In this document: piece after piece, positions 10,675 to 23,400 of the stretch
Layout: every line of letters begins with the position of its first letter
Position numbering within the stretch: position 1 is the stretch's first letter
DNA from: Squalus acanthias
Taxonomy: Eukaryota
NCBI GenBank assembly: GCA_030390025.1
Contig: CM059433.1
Coordinates: 31,126,001 to 31,190,000 of the forward strand
DNA: 64,000 bases
Direction: 5' to 3'
Made by a program: the position numbers and the translations under genes
The notes under the pieces: model-generated
Seen by the model: only the letters and a program-made list of their open reading frames with translations
The model's database searches: none
What the model was told of the DNA's origin: nothing

Positions 10675-11574
10675 AGTGTGTGCACACACAACGCCTTGGC
10701 AACGGGACGAAGAAAAGGTGCAGGTGCTCAACCCCCGAATCAATATGATTTACTCCCACAGCCAGGCGCCCCATTAAATATGATGGAACACACACAACAG
10801 ACTGTAGGAAACATGAGAACTTGGCTATTATAATACATAAACATCAATCAATAACGCGGTACACTTGGTACGTGATGTATAGCAGAACAAGTTGTCCAGA
10901 AGTCTGCTGGCAGCCCGGAAGGATGGGGGTCCCAAGGGGGCCGTAGGTTTTGGGGTGCCAAAAATCTAGTTTGACTTGTGGTGGGATAATTAATAATAGT
11001 TCCTCTGACAGAACTTTTCTGGCGTTGCGTGTAATTATAGTGAACTTCTTCCGGCTTGTGGAGATACAATTTATTAGGATTGCTAACCCACTGGGGAATT
11101 CTCCAACCAAGTTAATAAGTATCTCTACCGGCAAAGTGCGTATGTGCATGTTGGCTGAGTGCATCCTTTACCTGACAATAGCAGTAAATCAGGTGAGTTA
11201 CTGCTCTTACACAAAGCTACAATTCCCCCTGCTGATTTAGCAGTAAATCACCAGTGAAACTTTGCGCTCTAAGGTGCAATTAGAACATTAACCAATTAAC
11301 CCTTGTTAATGATGATAATGAGGTGCATGACATTTAATGAAGAGGGTTACTGTACGAGCATTGATGGGAAAAGCGATGAAAATTGTCAGAAGGACAAATC
11401 GCTGAGCCAGAAGGACCTTTTTTTTGGGTGGGGGCGGGGATTCTGAGGTAGAGGCTGTAGTTGATGAGGTGCTGAGAATCTCCACGCCCAGATGGCTAAT
11501 GATGGCAAAAGATCTGCAAAAGGAGATTGGAGGTAAAATAAATACCTAGCCCTGTTTAAGAAAAGGTCAGGGAG

Positions 11575-11990
11575 GGCTGCACGGTATAAATTCGCCTGAA
11601 CCCAACTTCGGGCCCAGAATCGGTGCCACGCTGGCAACTCGTGCCCAGACCGGTAGGCCCGAAGCCTGCCCGAAATCGGGCCTCAGGCCTCATTTCAATA
11701 ATTTGGGTGAGTTGCCTGGCGCCAATTGCCCCTTCACAGGCAGCTCGACCACCTTTAAAAACAAATTGCAGGCTGCTTACCTCATCGGCAGCAGCAGCTC
11801 TCAGGAAGGGGCTGGGAAGGGGGTGGGGGGAGGACGGCAGGAGGAGGGTGGGGTGCAAACACAGCCAGCAGTGGCTGTCAGGAGTGCCATGGCTCCAGGA
11901 AGACCACTCCTGGCTCTGCATGAATTAAAAAAAAGACATATAAACTTACTTACTTTTCTCTGGCAGCTGCTGGCTAGGCCGCATCAAAGG
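11575..11990. mobile_element. GC-rich fragment of a probable non-autonomous TIR element
   Basis: Same sequence style as the other TIR elements (GC-rich subterminal region, CCTTTAAA, CTTACC); no clean TIR pair found. Confidence 0.35.
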
Positions 11991-12059
11991 CTGGATAATC
12001 TGAGCGGAGTAGGCCCAATTAGATTCCTGATTCGCTCAGGGCAGCCCAATCTCCAGCAC

Positions 12060-12270
12060 CTATAGTATTGTGCTTTTTTAAAAAGTCTAATTTCTTTTAG
12101 CTCAGCGCTATTTCCTAAGTATTTTAAAAGGGTGCCTGCTGGGAATATCTCCAATTGAATATAGCGAATGGGCAGCCCCCCATCACTATGCACACTTAAA
12201 TCAATGAATACTGTGAGGATATGTGGTGACTATAAAGTGGCCATAAATTAATCTTTAGATTTGGAATGAG
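12060..12270 (+). mobile_element. Ty3/Gypsy RT fragment
   Basis: Translates to YSEWAAPI...VRICGDYKVAIN, a Gypsy RT N-terminal signature. Confidence 0.7.
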
Positions 12271-12434
12271 AATGAGCAAAGACCCTTGGCCTATCCAAGC
12301 TGCTGCTTCCACAGATCACTTTGATATAAGAAGCACAAGAAAGGTTCACTCAACCTTTACGTGAACAATTTCTCCCTGTAGGCGACAGAGGATAAGAACA
12401 GATTCTCCTATTTTAACCTACACAATCAAGAATA

Positions 12435-12615
12435 TAAGAACTTAAAGAATTAGGAGCAGGAGTAGGCCATACGGCCCCCTCAGGCCTGCTCCGCCATTTA
12501 ATAAGATCATGGCTGATCTTTGACCTCAACTCTACTTTCCCGCCTGATCCCCATAGCCCTTGACTCCCCTAGAGTCCAAACATCTATCTATCACATCCTT
12601 GAATATACTCAACGA
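12435..12615 (-). mobile_element. CR1 3' end fragment
   Basis: Matches the CR1 3' UTR at 49278-49450. Confidence 0.8.
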
Positions 12616-12916
12616 CACCTCAGCAAAGACCCTCCAAGACCAGGTGCCAGTTTCAGACTCCCTGTTTGAAACATCATCTGTTAAAGGAGCTGTTGCTCGA
12701 TCCACATGTGTTTATTAACCACCTCCACCCCCACCCCCGCATCACCTTTTCCATCTATTATCTCCTGAAGACACCTCTTCGATGCAGGACTATGATTCCA
12801 TGCATACCAGCAGTTGTCCAGCACCATACCAAGCAGCGCTGGATGGTTTGTGAGCCGACGCAATGGCAGGCTATTTGACTATGGCAGCATCACAGCTTAC
12901 CCCCGGTGCTGCCTTC

Positions 12917-14060
12917 TTACAAATTCTGTGGTCTCATAATTGGATTACTTTCTTTCTTATGCTTCTTACTTAAGTAAACCATATATAGAAATAGAGGCTG
13001 CTCATAGATTTTGTTTCTTTTAGTGATAGTAGCTGCCCATTCACTATATTGCACTAGGGATATATCTTTCCAGCGCCTTTGAAAATAGTCTCTGATTAAA
13101 AAAAACATAGATGTTGCATTTTCAACTATCTTCGACTTAGCTTTCACATTGCCAATTAACCCCACTTCATTCTGAAACACAGGTAAAGAAAGAAAGACTT
13201 GCGTTTATATAGCGCCTTTCACGACCACCGGACGTCTCAAAGCGCTTTACAGCCAATGAAGTATTTTTTTGAAGTGGAGTCACTGTTGTAATGTGGGAAA
13301 CGCGGCAGCCAATTTGCGCACAGCAAGCTCCCACAAACAGCAATGTGATAATGACCAGATAATCTGTTTTTGTTATGTTGGTTGAAGGATAAATATTGGC
13401 CAGGACAGTGGGGATAACTCCCTTGCTCTTCTTTGAAATAGTGCCAAGGGATCTTTTACGTGCACTGGTTTACCGTCTCATCCAAAAGACGGCCCCTCTG
13501 ACAGTGCAGTACTCCCTCAGCACTGCACTGGAGTGTCAGCCTAGCTTTCTTATGTGCTCAAATCCCTGCAGTGGGACTTAGAACCCACAACCTTCTAACT
13601 CACAGGCGAATGTGCTACCAACTGAGTCACAGCTGACAGGTAATCTCTTGACCCGTCAAATTGGTCTTTGTTTCTAACCAGAGAAGTTCCTGTACCCATT
13701 ACTAACAACAGTTCTAGGTCAAAGGCCCCACCTTTATAAACAACTTTTACTTAAGCTTTACCCAGAGGCTCTATTGCTTCCTCAGTGCATGTTCTAAGTA
13801 CCAAGTTATACTTTTTGCCCTCACTGAGGTTACTTCTTTTTTAAATTTGCACTTGATAGGTGGGCAAGTCTGCCGGAGCAGCTTTTATTGCCTGCCCCTA
13901 GTTGCCCTGAAGTTTCATCCTTTTTTGCTTCAATTCTGCTTCATCTTCTGGTCAGGTACTGGCATAGGCAGAATGACCAAGTCTATTTACTCTTCTATGT
14001 ACTCCTCTACTTTTAAACATTCTGGTTCATTGCTCGTGGACTGCATCAGCAGTGCGCAAA
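12917..14060 (-). mobile_element. Decayed Ty3/Gypsy gag-protease-RT remnant, interrupted by a SINE
   Basis: VQYSEWAA in ORF 12917-13180; protease-like EAIEPLGKA.VKVVYKG..DLELLLV at ~13690-13790. Confidence 0.55.
13187..13635 (-). mobile_element. Full-length DeuSINE with TSD
   Basis: Reverse complement of the 5298-5715 family with tRNA head at ~13570-13635 and (AAAG)n tail; TSD ACAGGTAA at 13179-13186 and 13636-13643. Confidence 0.85.
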
Positions 14061-14077
14061 CAATTCTCTGGTGTATC

Positions 14078-14365
14078 AACAACAACAACTTGTATTTAGC
14101 TAGCGCGTTTAACGTAGTAAAACATCCCAAGATGCTTCACAGAAGCGTTATCCAATAAAAGTTGACACCGAGCTTCATTAGGAGATATTAGGACAGGTGA
14201 CCAAAAGCTTGGTCAAAGAGGTAGGTTTTAAGGAGCATCTTAAAGGAGAGAGAGGCAGAGAGGTTTAGGGAGGAAATTCCAGAGCTTAGGGCCTAGGCAG
14301 TTGAAGGCACGTCCGCCAATGGTGGAGCGATGAAAATCGGGGATACGCAAGAGGCTAGAATTGGC
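14078..14365 (-). mobile_element. L2 LINE 3' end
   Basis: (AAC)n tail and body complementary to the L2 3' end at 57100-57345. Confidence 0.7.
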
Positions 14366-14659
14366 CATACCTGTGTAGTCTGAGCTTCATTCTTTATGCC
14401 CACAACTAACAATTATTCAAAGATTACATATAAACAGAGAAATTTGCAGTTTACAATTGGTTTCAATGCCAACAGTCAGTGACCATAGACAAATTTGTTG
14501 AACCTTTCAGAAACAAATGTAATGTTTAACAGCTGCTCCTTGATCCGTGCTTATCTCGCACTCCGCATCAGCCAATGAGAGTGGTGAACAAGCAGCAGAT
14601 CACCAATGGGCATCACACTTTAGATGCAGCCTGTCTGTGATTTTCAGAAGAAAGTTTTA

Positions 14660-16010
14660 TAGATTCATACAGTACAGAGGAAGGCATTCGGCCCATCATG
14701 TCTGTGCCGGCTCTTTGAAAGAGCTATTCAATTAGTCCCACTAGCCCCTGCTCTTTTCCCATAGCCCTTCAAATTTTTCCTTTCAAAGTAGAGATCCAAT
14801 TCCCTTTTGAAAGTTACTATTGAATCTGCTTCCACCACCCTTTCAAGCAGTGTACTCCAGATCATAACAACTCAATTAAATCTCCCCTTAACCTTCTCTG
14901 CTCAAAGGAGAACAATCCCAGCTTCTTCAGTCTCTCCACATAACTGAAGTCCCTCACTCCTGGTACTAGTAAATCTCCTCTGCACCCTCTCCAAGGCCTT
15001 GACATCCATCCTAAAGTGTGGTGCCCAGAATTGTGGGGCCTAACCAGTGAGTTAAAATGGTTTAGCATAACTTATTTGCTTTTGTACTCTATGAGCTGGA
15101 TTTTAAAACTGGGGACGGGTTGGAGGCAGGACTCCCACTTTTTGGGTTGTAGTCCCGCCTCCATCGACTTGTGGCCAACCCACTGTATTTTCACTTGATT
15201 GACCTTGTTGAGCCCGCCCAGCGGGCTCAGCAGGCCAATTAAGGGCCACCCGGCAACAGGTGACGTCACAGATTGACATTTCATCTGTCAAGAGCTTTTG
15301 ACAGATGAAATATCAGCGTTTGACAGCTCCTTGAAGCTGTCAAACACTGACAATCTGTCCTCTAAGTTAATTCCTTCCTCTCAGGCTGATTTAGAGATCT
15401 CGCAGAACAAAAAGCAGAGGCTGCAACTTTTGACAGCTCAACGGCCATTCTGCTTTCTGTGCCGGTGAGATTTCTGACTCCCGAGACCTGAAGGGCTGAC
15501 ACCTGCAGGAGGAAGTTAAGGTAAGTAAAACTTTTTTCCACACTTTACACTTACCTTACACACTTACCTCTGCACACATGCACCACTGCTCACCTGCCCA
15601 CCGGACATATCGACCCCTCCAACCCCTGCAGACCCACGGTCCGCCTCGCTGAAATGGCGTGGTTGGGACCTGTCAGAGAGCCCAGATTTCAGGCATAAAA
15701 ATAGGGATTAGGCAAAAAACTGCCTGTTAACTACCTGTTAACAGGCAGTTTATTGCCACTAATCCCCTTCCCGCCTCGGGGAGGCGGGTCCCAGCACAGG
15801 TCGGGTACCCGCCTCCAGCGAAACTGGCATGGAGGCGGGTTGGGGGCGGGATGGGGTCGGGACCCCCGATTCAGCTATTTTCAATCCAGTCCCGCCTCCA
15901 ATCCCGCCTCCACGGCTCAATGAAAATTCTGCCCTATGCCTCTATTTATAAAGCCACAGATCCTGCATCCTTTTTTAACAGTCTTCTCAACTTGTCCTGC
16001 CACCTTCAAA
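14660..16010 (-). mobile_element. CR1 3' fragment split by a TIR element
   Basis: ERLKKLGLFSFEQRRLRGDLIE; the CR1 sequence TTGTACTC-TAT-GCCTCTATTTATA resumes after the insertion. Confidence 0.8.
15093..15934. mobile_element. Non-autonomous Harbinger-type element, divergent member of the ~800-bp family (copy B)
   Basis: GAGCTGGATTTT / AAAATTCTGCCC, TSD TAT; collinear with 34645-35477 and 50709-51554. Confidence 0.85.
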
Positions 16011-16322
16011 GGCCTTTTAGGATCATAGGACATCAAAAGTACTCCTTCCATGAGCTGTCTTTTAACATTTCCCAAGTTTCTTACTGTTTGTGATTTTAGT
16101 TCCAGTCAGTAGTCCTATTGTTAGGCTTTAATGCTCTCACATTTGTCTTTCTTGCAACTAGAAACTTCAAGTACTTTCCAAATTCCTCTCTGGATGAACC
16201 CTACATTATTAAGGCCTCAATAAATGCATTGGTCAGTGTCCTCATGTATCATACAATTTGTACTTGTGATATACTTTTGCAGCTGAAGTTGTAAGAATAT
16301 GTACTTTCCATAATCAGTGCTA

Positions 16323-16595
16323 AGGAGGTGAAATTGGGTGTCATTGCGCCTCCCGTTAGCACCCCCAGGTGGCGCTAACGGGGCACAAATGGCTTTGCGA
16401 CCGGGCGCGGCGCTGACGTCGACTCCTGCTATATTTGGCAGGAGTTTTGCGGCAGCGCTATGGCATTGTGCCCCAATCTCCTTCGCCCAGAGATCGTGAC
16501 GTCATCGCCGTGCGCATCACCCCAGTAGTGCCCGGACCCAAAATTGGCTTCCGCCCCCTGCAACAGCGCCGGTCGAAAACATCGACAACTGCAGG
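16323..16595. mobile_element. Left end of a Harbinger-type element, truncated against CR1
   Basis: GGAGGTGAAATTGGG terminus and GCGCCTCCCGTTAGC...GCTAACGGGGC subterminal motif shared with the 21134 and 40634 ends. Confidence 0.6.
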
Positions 16596-17379
16596 AGGCG
16601 TGCCTCAAGGATCAGTGCTTGGGCCTCAGCTATTCACAATCTACATCAATGATTTGGATGAGGGGACCAAATGTAATATATCCAAATTTGCTGATGATAC
16701 AAAGCTGGGTGGGAATGTAAGCTGTGAGGAGGATGCAAGGAGGCTTCAAGAGGATATAGGACAGGCTAATTGAGTGGGCAAGAACATGGCGAATGGAGTA
16801 TAATGTGGAGAAATGTGAATTTATCCACTTTGGTAGGAAAAACAGAAAAGCAGAGTATTTTTTAGATGGTGAGAGATTGGGAAATGTTGGTATTCAGAGG
16901 GACCTGGGTGTCCTTGTACACGAATCACTGAAAGTTAACATGCAGGTGCAGCAAGCAATTAGGAAAGCAAATGGTATGTTGGCCTTTATTACAAGAGGAT
17001 TTGAGTATAAGAGTAAAGGGGGGAGAAACTCGGTATCGCCCCAGTTGGGGGGCAATTATCGTCCGGGCACAAAGTTTAGTGCCTGGCGCTAATTATCGCC
17101 TCCAACTGGAAACTTGGCCTCTATCGCCCCTGGAGGTGATTTGAGCGCTAAATCAGGCACTACACACCTCTCTTAAGGCGCTAACGCTGAGGAGCGAGGC
17201 GCTACCTCAGAGCGCTGGCGAAGCTCAGGTGATGTCAGTCAGCAATGGAACACAGACAGACAGGCTCCGGCCAGTTCTTAAAGGGGAGTGTCGATCTTGC
17301 TCTCCAGCCACACCCTGCTCATTGCAGCCTTGAATCTCAGCCTGGACAGACCTGTACATCAAATCTGCTGGAAAGAACA

Positions 17380-19205
17380 ATGGAAGGCCCAGGGAACGAG
17401 CTCAGCGCTTCAGCGACTGGGCCTTGGTGGCTCTGGTTGGCGCAGTGGAGCGCCGAAGGGCAATACTCTACCCAGAGTGGCAGGAGGCCATTGCAATGCG
17501 AATATAGAAGAGTTTGGAGGGAGGTGGCTCAGCACGTCTCCTCCAGGAGCATGGTGCCCAGGACCCACACCCAATGTCAGAAGAAGTTCAACGACCTCAC
17601 TCGGGTGGTGAGGGTGAGTGGCTGCTTTTCAATACCTTTACATCCCTCCATCTCAACTTCACTCTATGCCCAGAGGGTTTAAAAACCCCAAATGCCCAAC
17701 ACTCATCCAAGACCTACGGCCGTCTCATAAAACACACACGCACATTCCACACCTTGCAAACATTAAGGGCTATTCAACTATGGGAGGCACATCAGGCAAG
17801 CACATGGCTGCATACATTAAGGGCTGTTCAACTATGGGAGGCACATCAGGCAAGCACATGGCTTCACATTCACTCAAACGCCGTCCTTTTCTTGCAGGCC
17901 AAGCTATCTCATAACAGGCACCAGCAGCAATGGGCAGGTGGAGGGCCGGCTGAGCTGCAGACCCTCACCGATTTGGAGGCGCGTGTCCACAGGATCGTTG
18001 CCAGCCTGGTGATAGGTGCCATGGCCGCTGGAGAAGTCGACCCCCTTGGGGACAGCAATGGTAAGTTCATCAGCTTTCTCTCCTCTCTCATTCCATTTGC
18101 CCCTCACAACACCAGCCTTTTACACTTTCAATCCAACTTACTAACTGTCCCCAGTCCTTGCTCCCTTACTGCCCCCCTGTCCTGACGCTAAAGCCACTCT
18201 TGTACCTCCCTGCTTTCAGATAGTGAACCACCAGCTGAGCAGCCTGTCCCTCAACCAACCAGTGGGAGCGACGCCCCAGGCGAGGAGGAAGAGGAAGCTG
18301 GAGCCTCAGCGCCATCCTCTCCCGAGGGAGCCCATGGCCACACTGGGAACACGTCTTCCCTGGAGGGGAGCAGGGGGGAAGGGTCTAATGAGGGTGAAGC
18401 TCCGGGACCCAGCGGGCTGCAGCAACGCCATGGGGGTATGGAAGCTCGGGGGCCATCTCCCCGGAGGGCGAGTAGGCAAGCGACTCCTGCTGCACTGGAC
18501 TCAGAGGAGGAGCGCGTCATCGCGGAAATGAATAGCCAGGCCTTGAGCATGCACACTGAGCTCATGGGTGTAAAGGCAAGGGTGCCCGAAAGCATTGATG
18601 GACTGGCAAGGAGTGTGGAGCACTCCACTGCAGCACAGGCCGACGCAACGCAAAGGCTTAGTGCTGCAATTCAGTCACTGGCTGCTGCCATCCAATCTCA
18701 GACTGGTCTCATGCAGTCTCAAATTGATGTAACGCAAGCACTGACTGCTGCCATCGTCGCTGGTTCGGCCACATTGCCCCAGGGCTCTCATGGTGCCGCA
18801 GCAGGCCAGCAATCTGTGCTCGAGCAGATTGCTCTGGATGCTGAGGTACTGCCCCGTGGGAGTGCCAGTGTGTCGGTCGAGCAGGGAGGTACTGTCTTCT
18901 CTCTGGATGACAGCATTCCTGCTCCCACCACTGGCACTTCCCCATTACACTTGCCACCGCCTGCAACACAGCCAGCCCAGACGGCTGTTGCCCATGCAGA
19001 GTTGGTGCAGTCTGCAGCCGGGGCCTCCAGGCCCAGAGCTGGTCGAGGGCATCCTTCAAGGGCATCTGTAGTCTCAGCATCTTACATTCAGCAGCCTTCC
19101 ACCAGCCTTGCTGCAGCCACTGGGACCCCATTAGGGAGGAGCAGTAGGGTGGGAAGGTGGGAAGTGCGCAGGGGATGGAGATCACCCTCGAAGGGCAAAC
19201 AATAG
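17380..19205 (+). pseudogene. Harbinger Myb/SANT (trihelix) DNA-binding protein gene, 3 exons (17380-17613, 17898-18060, 18220-19205), frameshifted
   Basis: RAQRFSDWAL.ALV.AVERRR..LYP and WREVAQHVSSRS..PRT.TQCQKKFNDL; GT-AG introns AGG|gtgagt...ttgcag| and ATG|gtaagt...tttcag|; Ala/Gln-rich C-terminal part. Confidence 0.85.
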
Positions 19206-19517
19206 GAGATCTAAATAAATGGTGGGAATGTTTGTAGTAAAGGTCGAGGTTCATGTGATTACATTTGTTTACTGTTTTGGTGTTTTTCTCCAGCTTGTGA
19301 GAACCGGTTCTGTTAATTCATGATTTGTTGTGTTTGTTTCTAATTGCTTGTCCTGAATAAATGACACACACAGAGTTTGTTAAATAAAAAAGTTGTTGTA
19401 TTCAAAATTTACATTTTTGGCCTTTGGAATCATTGCAGCTTTGGCTGGCAATAGCGGGTGCGGGTTGCTTTCCATGATGTTGTTCTCCATGCCAGAAGCC
19501 ATCTTCTGAGTAGGGGC

Positions 19518-20678
19518 CTAGAAGCGGCTTGTTATCAGCCATTGACGGACGGCCCTTGCAGTGGCAACATTGTGGGCCTCCCTCCCGCCTTGTTGTTGCT
19601 GCTGATCATCCTCCTCCTCCTCTTCAGGTGGTGCACCAATCCCTGGTGGCATTGGCTGGGTCCTCAGGATTGCCAGGTTGTGAAGCATGTAGCATACAAC
19701 TATGAAGAGGGAGACTCGCTCAGGAGAATACTGCAGGGCTCCTCCTGAGTGGTCCAGACAGCGGAACTGTTGCTTGAGCACGCCGATCGTTTGCTCAATG
19801 ATGTTCCTGGTGGTGATATGGCTCTCAGTGTACTGCAGCTCAGCAGGGACGTTGGGGTTACAGAGCAGTGTCATCAGCCAGGTGCAAAGTGGATAACCCT
19901 TGTCCCCGAGGAGTCATCCACTTGGGTGATCCGGTGCCTGGAAAAGGTCTGGCACACCAATCTGGCGCAGGATGAAAGCATCATGGCTGCTGCCAAGATA
20001 GCGGGCATTGACGGCGAGTATGAGCTGTCTGTGGTCACAGACCAACTGCACATTTAAGGAGTGGTAGCCCTTGCGGTTTCGGAAAACCTCTGCATTTTCA
20101 TGCGGTGCCCGCAATGCCACATGCGTGCAGTCAATGGTGCCCTGCACCATGGGGAAGCCCGCTGTCCTAGCAAAGCCACATGCGCGTTCATGCTGTTTGG
20201 CCCGGGTCATGGGGAAAGAGATGTACTGGTGTCTCCTTTTATACAGGGCATTTGTCACCTCCCGGATACAGCAATGGACAGTGAACTGGGATATATTGGC
20301 GATGTCCCCAGTAGATGCTTGAAAGGAGCCGCTGGCATAAAAATTCAGAGCCACTGTGACCTTCACTGCCACTGACAGAGACATCCTGGTCCTCAGTTGA
20401 GGCTGCAGATCTGGTTGCAGCAGGTGGCAGAGCTCAGTGACCACCTCCTTGCTGAAGCGCAGCCTGCGCAAACACTGCTCCTCAGACAAATGAATGTAGG
20501 AGAATTGCTCGCGGAATACCCTGGAGGGTAAGGTCACCTGTGCAGAGGCCTGTTGGCCCTCCTCCCAATGGCCATGTTCGCCACTCTCTCTCTGTGTTTC
20601 TGATGCCTCCGATTCTGCAGGTGCAGGACAACACCCCGAATCAGTGCAGCCCCCACAGTCTCTTCTAAATCGATGCAA
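19518..20678 (-). pseudogene. Harbinger DDE transposase, disrupted
   Basis: [68 protein letters not shown]; stop codon and frameshifts. Confidence 0.92.
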
Positions 20679-21704
20679 GGAAGGTCAAATCAAAAAGAAC
20701 CTGCAAAGTGCTGCTCAGTACCTAAAACTCCTTCACACAGCGTTGAATCTCTCCAGAAGTCTCTCTCTCTCTCAGAATGTGTGGTGCAAAAATGTCGCCG
20801 ACAAAAAAAGGCAGGAAGAAGCCCCCTTTAAATAGCGCTCCCCCAGTCCCTTCCCGACTGCAAATCGTTCCCCCTCTACCTGTCTTTGCTAGCGGCAGGC
20901 GGAAAGGCAGGGGGCGCCACTCAATATCCTGTCCGGGGCACTACCGGGGCATTGCACGCTCGACTGACATCACGATCTGCGGGCGCAGGAGATCGTGGTG
21001 GTAGTGTTTAGCGCCACCGCAAAATGTCTGGTCAATTTCGCGAGCGGCGCAAACATCGCCGCGCTCGGGTGCTAGTTGCTTTACGCCCCGTTAGGGCGCT
21101 AACGGGAGGCGCTAATCAACCGAATTTTTCCCCCAAGACGTCTTACTGCAATTATATAGGGCCCTGGTGAGACTACACCTGGAGAATTGCGTACAGTTTT
21201 GGTCTCGTTACCTAAGGAAGGATATACTTGCCATAGAGGGAGTGCAACGAAGGTTCACCTCACTGGTTCCTGGAATGGGGGGATTGTCCTAAGAGGAGAG
21301 ATTGAGTAGACTAGGCCTATATTCTCTAGAGTTTAGAAGAATGAGAGGTGATCTCATTGAAACATACAAAATTCTTACAGGTCTTGACGGTAGATGCAGG
21401 GAGGATGTTTCCCCTGGCTGGGGAGTCTAGAACCAGGGGTCACAGTCTCAGAATAAGGGGTCGGCCATTTAGGACTGAGATGAGGAGAAATTTCTTCACT
21501 CAGAGGGTGGTGAATCTTTGGAATTCTCTACCCCAAAGACAGAGATCGATGGATTTTTGAATATAAAGGTAATCAAGGGATATGGGGATAGTGCAGGAAA
21601 GTGGTGATGAGGTAGAAGATCAGCCATGATCTATTGAAAGGCGGAGCAGACTCGAAGTGCCAAATGGCCCACTCCTGCTCCTATTTCTTATGTTCTTATG
21701 TTAT

Positions 21705-22178
21705 CGGGTGGCCGGCCACTTCAGGGGTGATGATTAAAGGCGAGGTGGCCGAGATAAGTAAAAAAACTTACCTTTCTTGTTGCAGTTTTTTGCGCAGGTT
21801 CCTGCCCGCATCGATCAGCCTGGCACTCTGCTTGAGTGCCGGGCTGATCGTGCGGGATCGCGGCTGCCTTGGTGGTCCAGGTAGATACTTTTTAAATTGC
21901 AGAGCCTGCAGCGATGGCCCTTCTCTTTAAGGGAGGGAAAGAGCCTTTGAACGCGACAGCGCTGCACGGCCTAATGTGCAGCGCAGCTGAAGTCTCAGCC
22001 CCGCCTGCTGCCGATTGCGCTCTAAGAAGGAAGTGGGCGCTTGATTTAGCGCTCCACTTCCTTCCTGGAGCACAAACAGCAAACTTTTCAAAAGTTTGAA
22101 ATCGTTAGCACCTGGTGCTAACTTTGCAAAATTGTAAAAATTAGCGCCCCCAAACGGGCGATAGTGAATTTCTCCCCC
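21705..22178. mobile_element. Right part of a non-autonomous Harbinger-type element
   Basis: Ends TTAGCGCCCCCAAACGGGCGATAGTGAATTTCTCCCCC, resembling the reverse complement of the 17019 and 39742 termini. Confidence 0.65.
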
Positions 22179-22189
22179 TAAATGTCCAT

Positions 22190-23400
22190 AAAATGAAACT
22201 TACGTCATTCATTCTCAGCTGGCTAAAACTGGAGGACATATCTAACTTGATAAATTATTGGCATTAGCATACTGTGCCATAATTTCTTCATGGGTTGAAA
22301 GCTTAAAATATTTACTTTTGATAACCTTGTTCCAATCTCTGGAGTCTAAGAAAATTCACAATTTAACATTCCTATTCCAACAATCATTAATGATTTCACC
22401 CAGTCTGTTGGTTCACCTATTTGCTTTGTGTCCTCCAAGTCCAGTGTTCTATTCACCTCCATTATTTGTTAATTTCCTATAGTGCAAAGTAACTTTTCTG
22501 TTTTGATGGATTGCTGGGGTAATTTGTTTTCAATCCTGATCTGATGTTCCCTTAGCCAATAAACCAACTCTTTAAAGAAACCTTTTATTTTCTCTCTTGT
22601 ATCAATGCTCTGCGCCCATCAGTTTGAGTCATTACTGTGAGCCTCCTTTTCGCTGGATTGAGTTTCTCACCAACATTCAGACCTAAAATTGATTGTACAT
22701 CTTTGGCACCAGTACAAATGATAGGTTATATTGGATGTCCTCATATATAATGCTGGAAACACATCTTCCTCTCACTGGATTTCCTTGCAATTTTGGCCCT
22801 GCTCAGGCATAATTCACTTATGGTCTTACATCCAATTTAAATACTATGATTGTTTCATTTGCCATTAATGGCAGGAGCAAAGCTCTTTCATTTTCTTGAT
22901 TTATAGCTACTACATCCACATTAAACTCCTCAAGTAAATTTTCTTCAGCAACGTGCCTTTGATTTTGCCTGTCCTGCGATTTATTCAATCTTTCATTGGG
23001 GCTATCTTTACCACATTCTGTGCAGGCGTTCCTGAAGACTGGTAATTCTTTTTTTGATCTGTGCTGAATTACACAAGGTCCATACAATTTTCTCCATCTC
23101 CTTTAGTATTGACAGGTAACATTTCGTACTTCTCATAAGACTTGCTTTTTAATCCTTTTTGTATTACCTGAATGGCTCCATCTTCTTTTGTGCACAACTC
23201 TTTGGCCTGTCTCTTTATTGATTCTGCTATCCTACTTATCTGTATTCTTTTGTCTAATGTCAGATCGTGTTCCATCAGCGACCTTTCTCTCAGAGAGTTA
23301 TCTGGTATTCAACAAATTATTCTGTCCTTTCACTGCGATTTTGTCAGTTCACGAAATCCACAGGTCTTTGGCAAGCTCTTATTGCAGTTACGTGCTAATC
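22190..23400 (-). mobile_element. Decayed Ty3/Gypsy gag-protease-RT remnant
   Basis: DLTLDK.IQISRIAE (gag), IVFKLD (protease-like), LSTHEEIMAQYANA and KLDMSSSFSQL (RT) on the minus strand. Confidence 0.65.

Larger units (their letters stand above)
17019..21134. mobile_element. Full-length (decayed) Harbinger/PIF transposon 1, 4.1 kb
   Basis: TIR GGGGGAGAAACTCGG / CCGAATTTTTCCCCC, TSD AAG; convergent Myb/SANT and transposase genes. Confidence 0.95.
16600..21702 (+). mobile_element. CR1 LINE RT/3' end (16600-17018 + 21135-21702) interrupted by a Harbinger transposon
   Basis: [20 protein letters not shown]...FADDTKLGG; the sequence GAGTA-AAG-ACGTC is restored on removing the insert; (TTCTTATG)n tail. 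Confidence 0.9.

Noticed and set aside
19518..20678. Domesticated HARBI1 host gene (and NAIF1 for the Myb ORFs)
   Set aside because: The genes lie within TIRs with a TSD, contain stops and frameshifts, and a parallel decayed element occurs in the same window. They are transposon genes.
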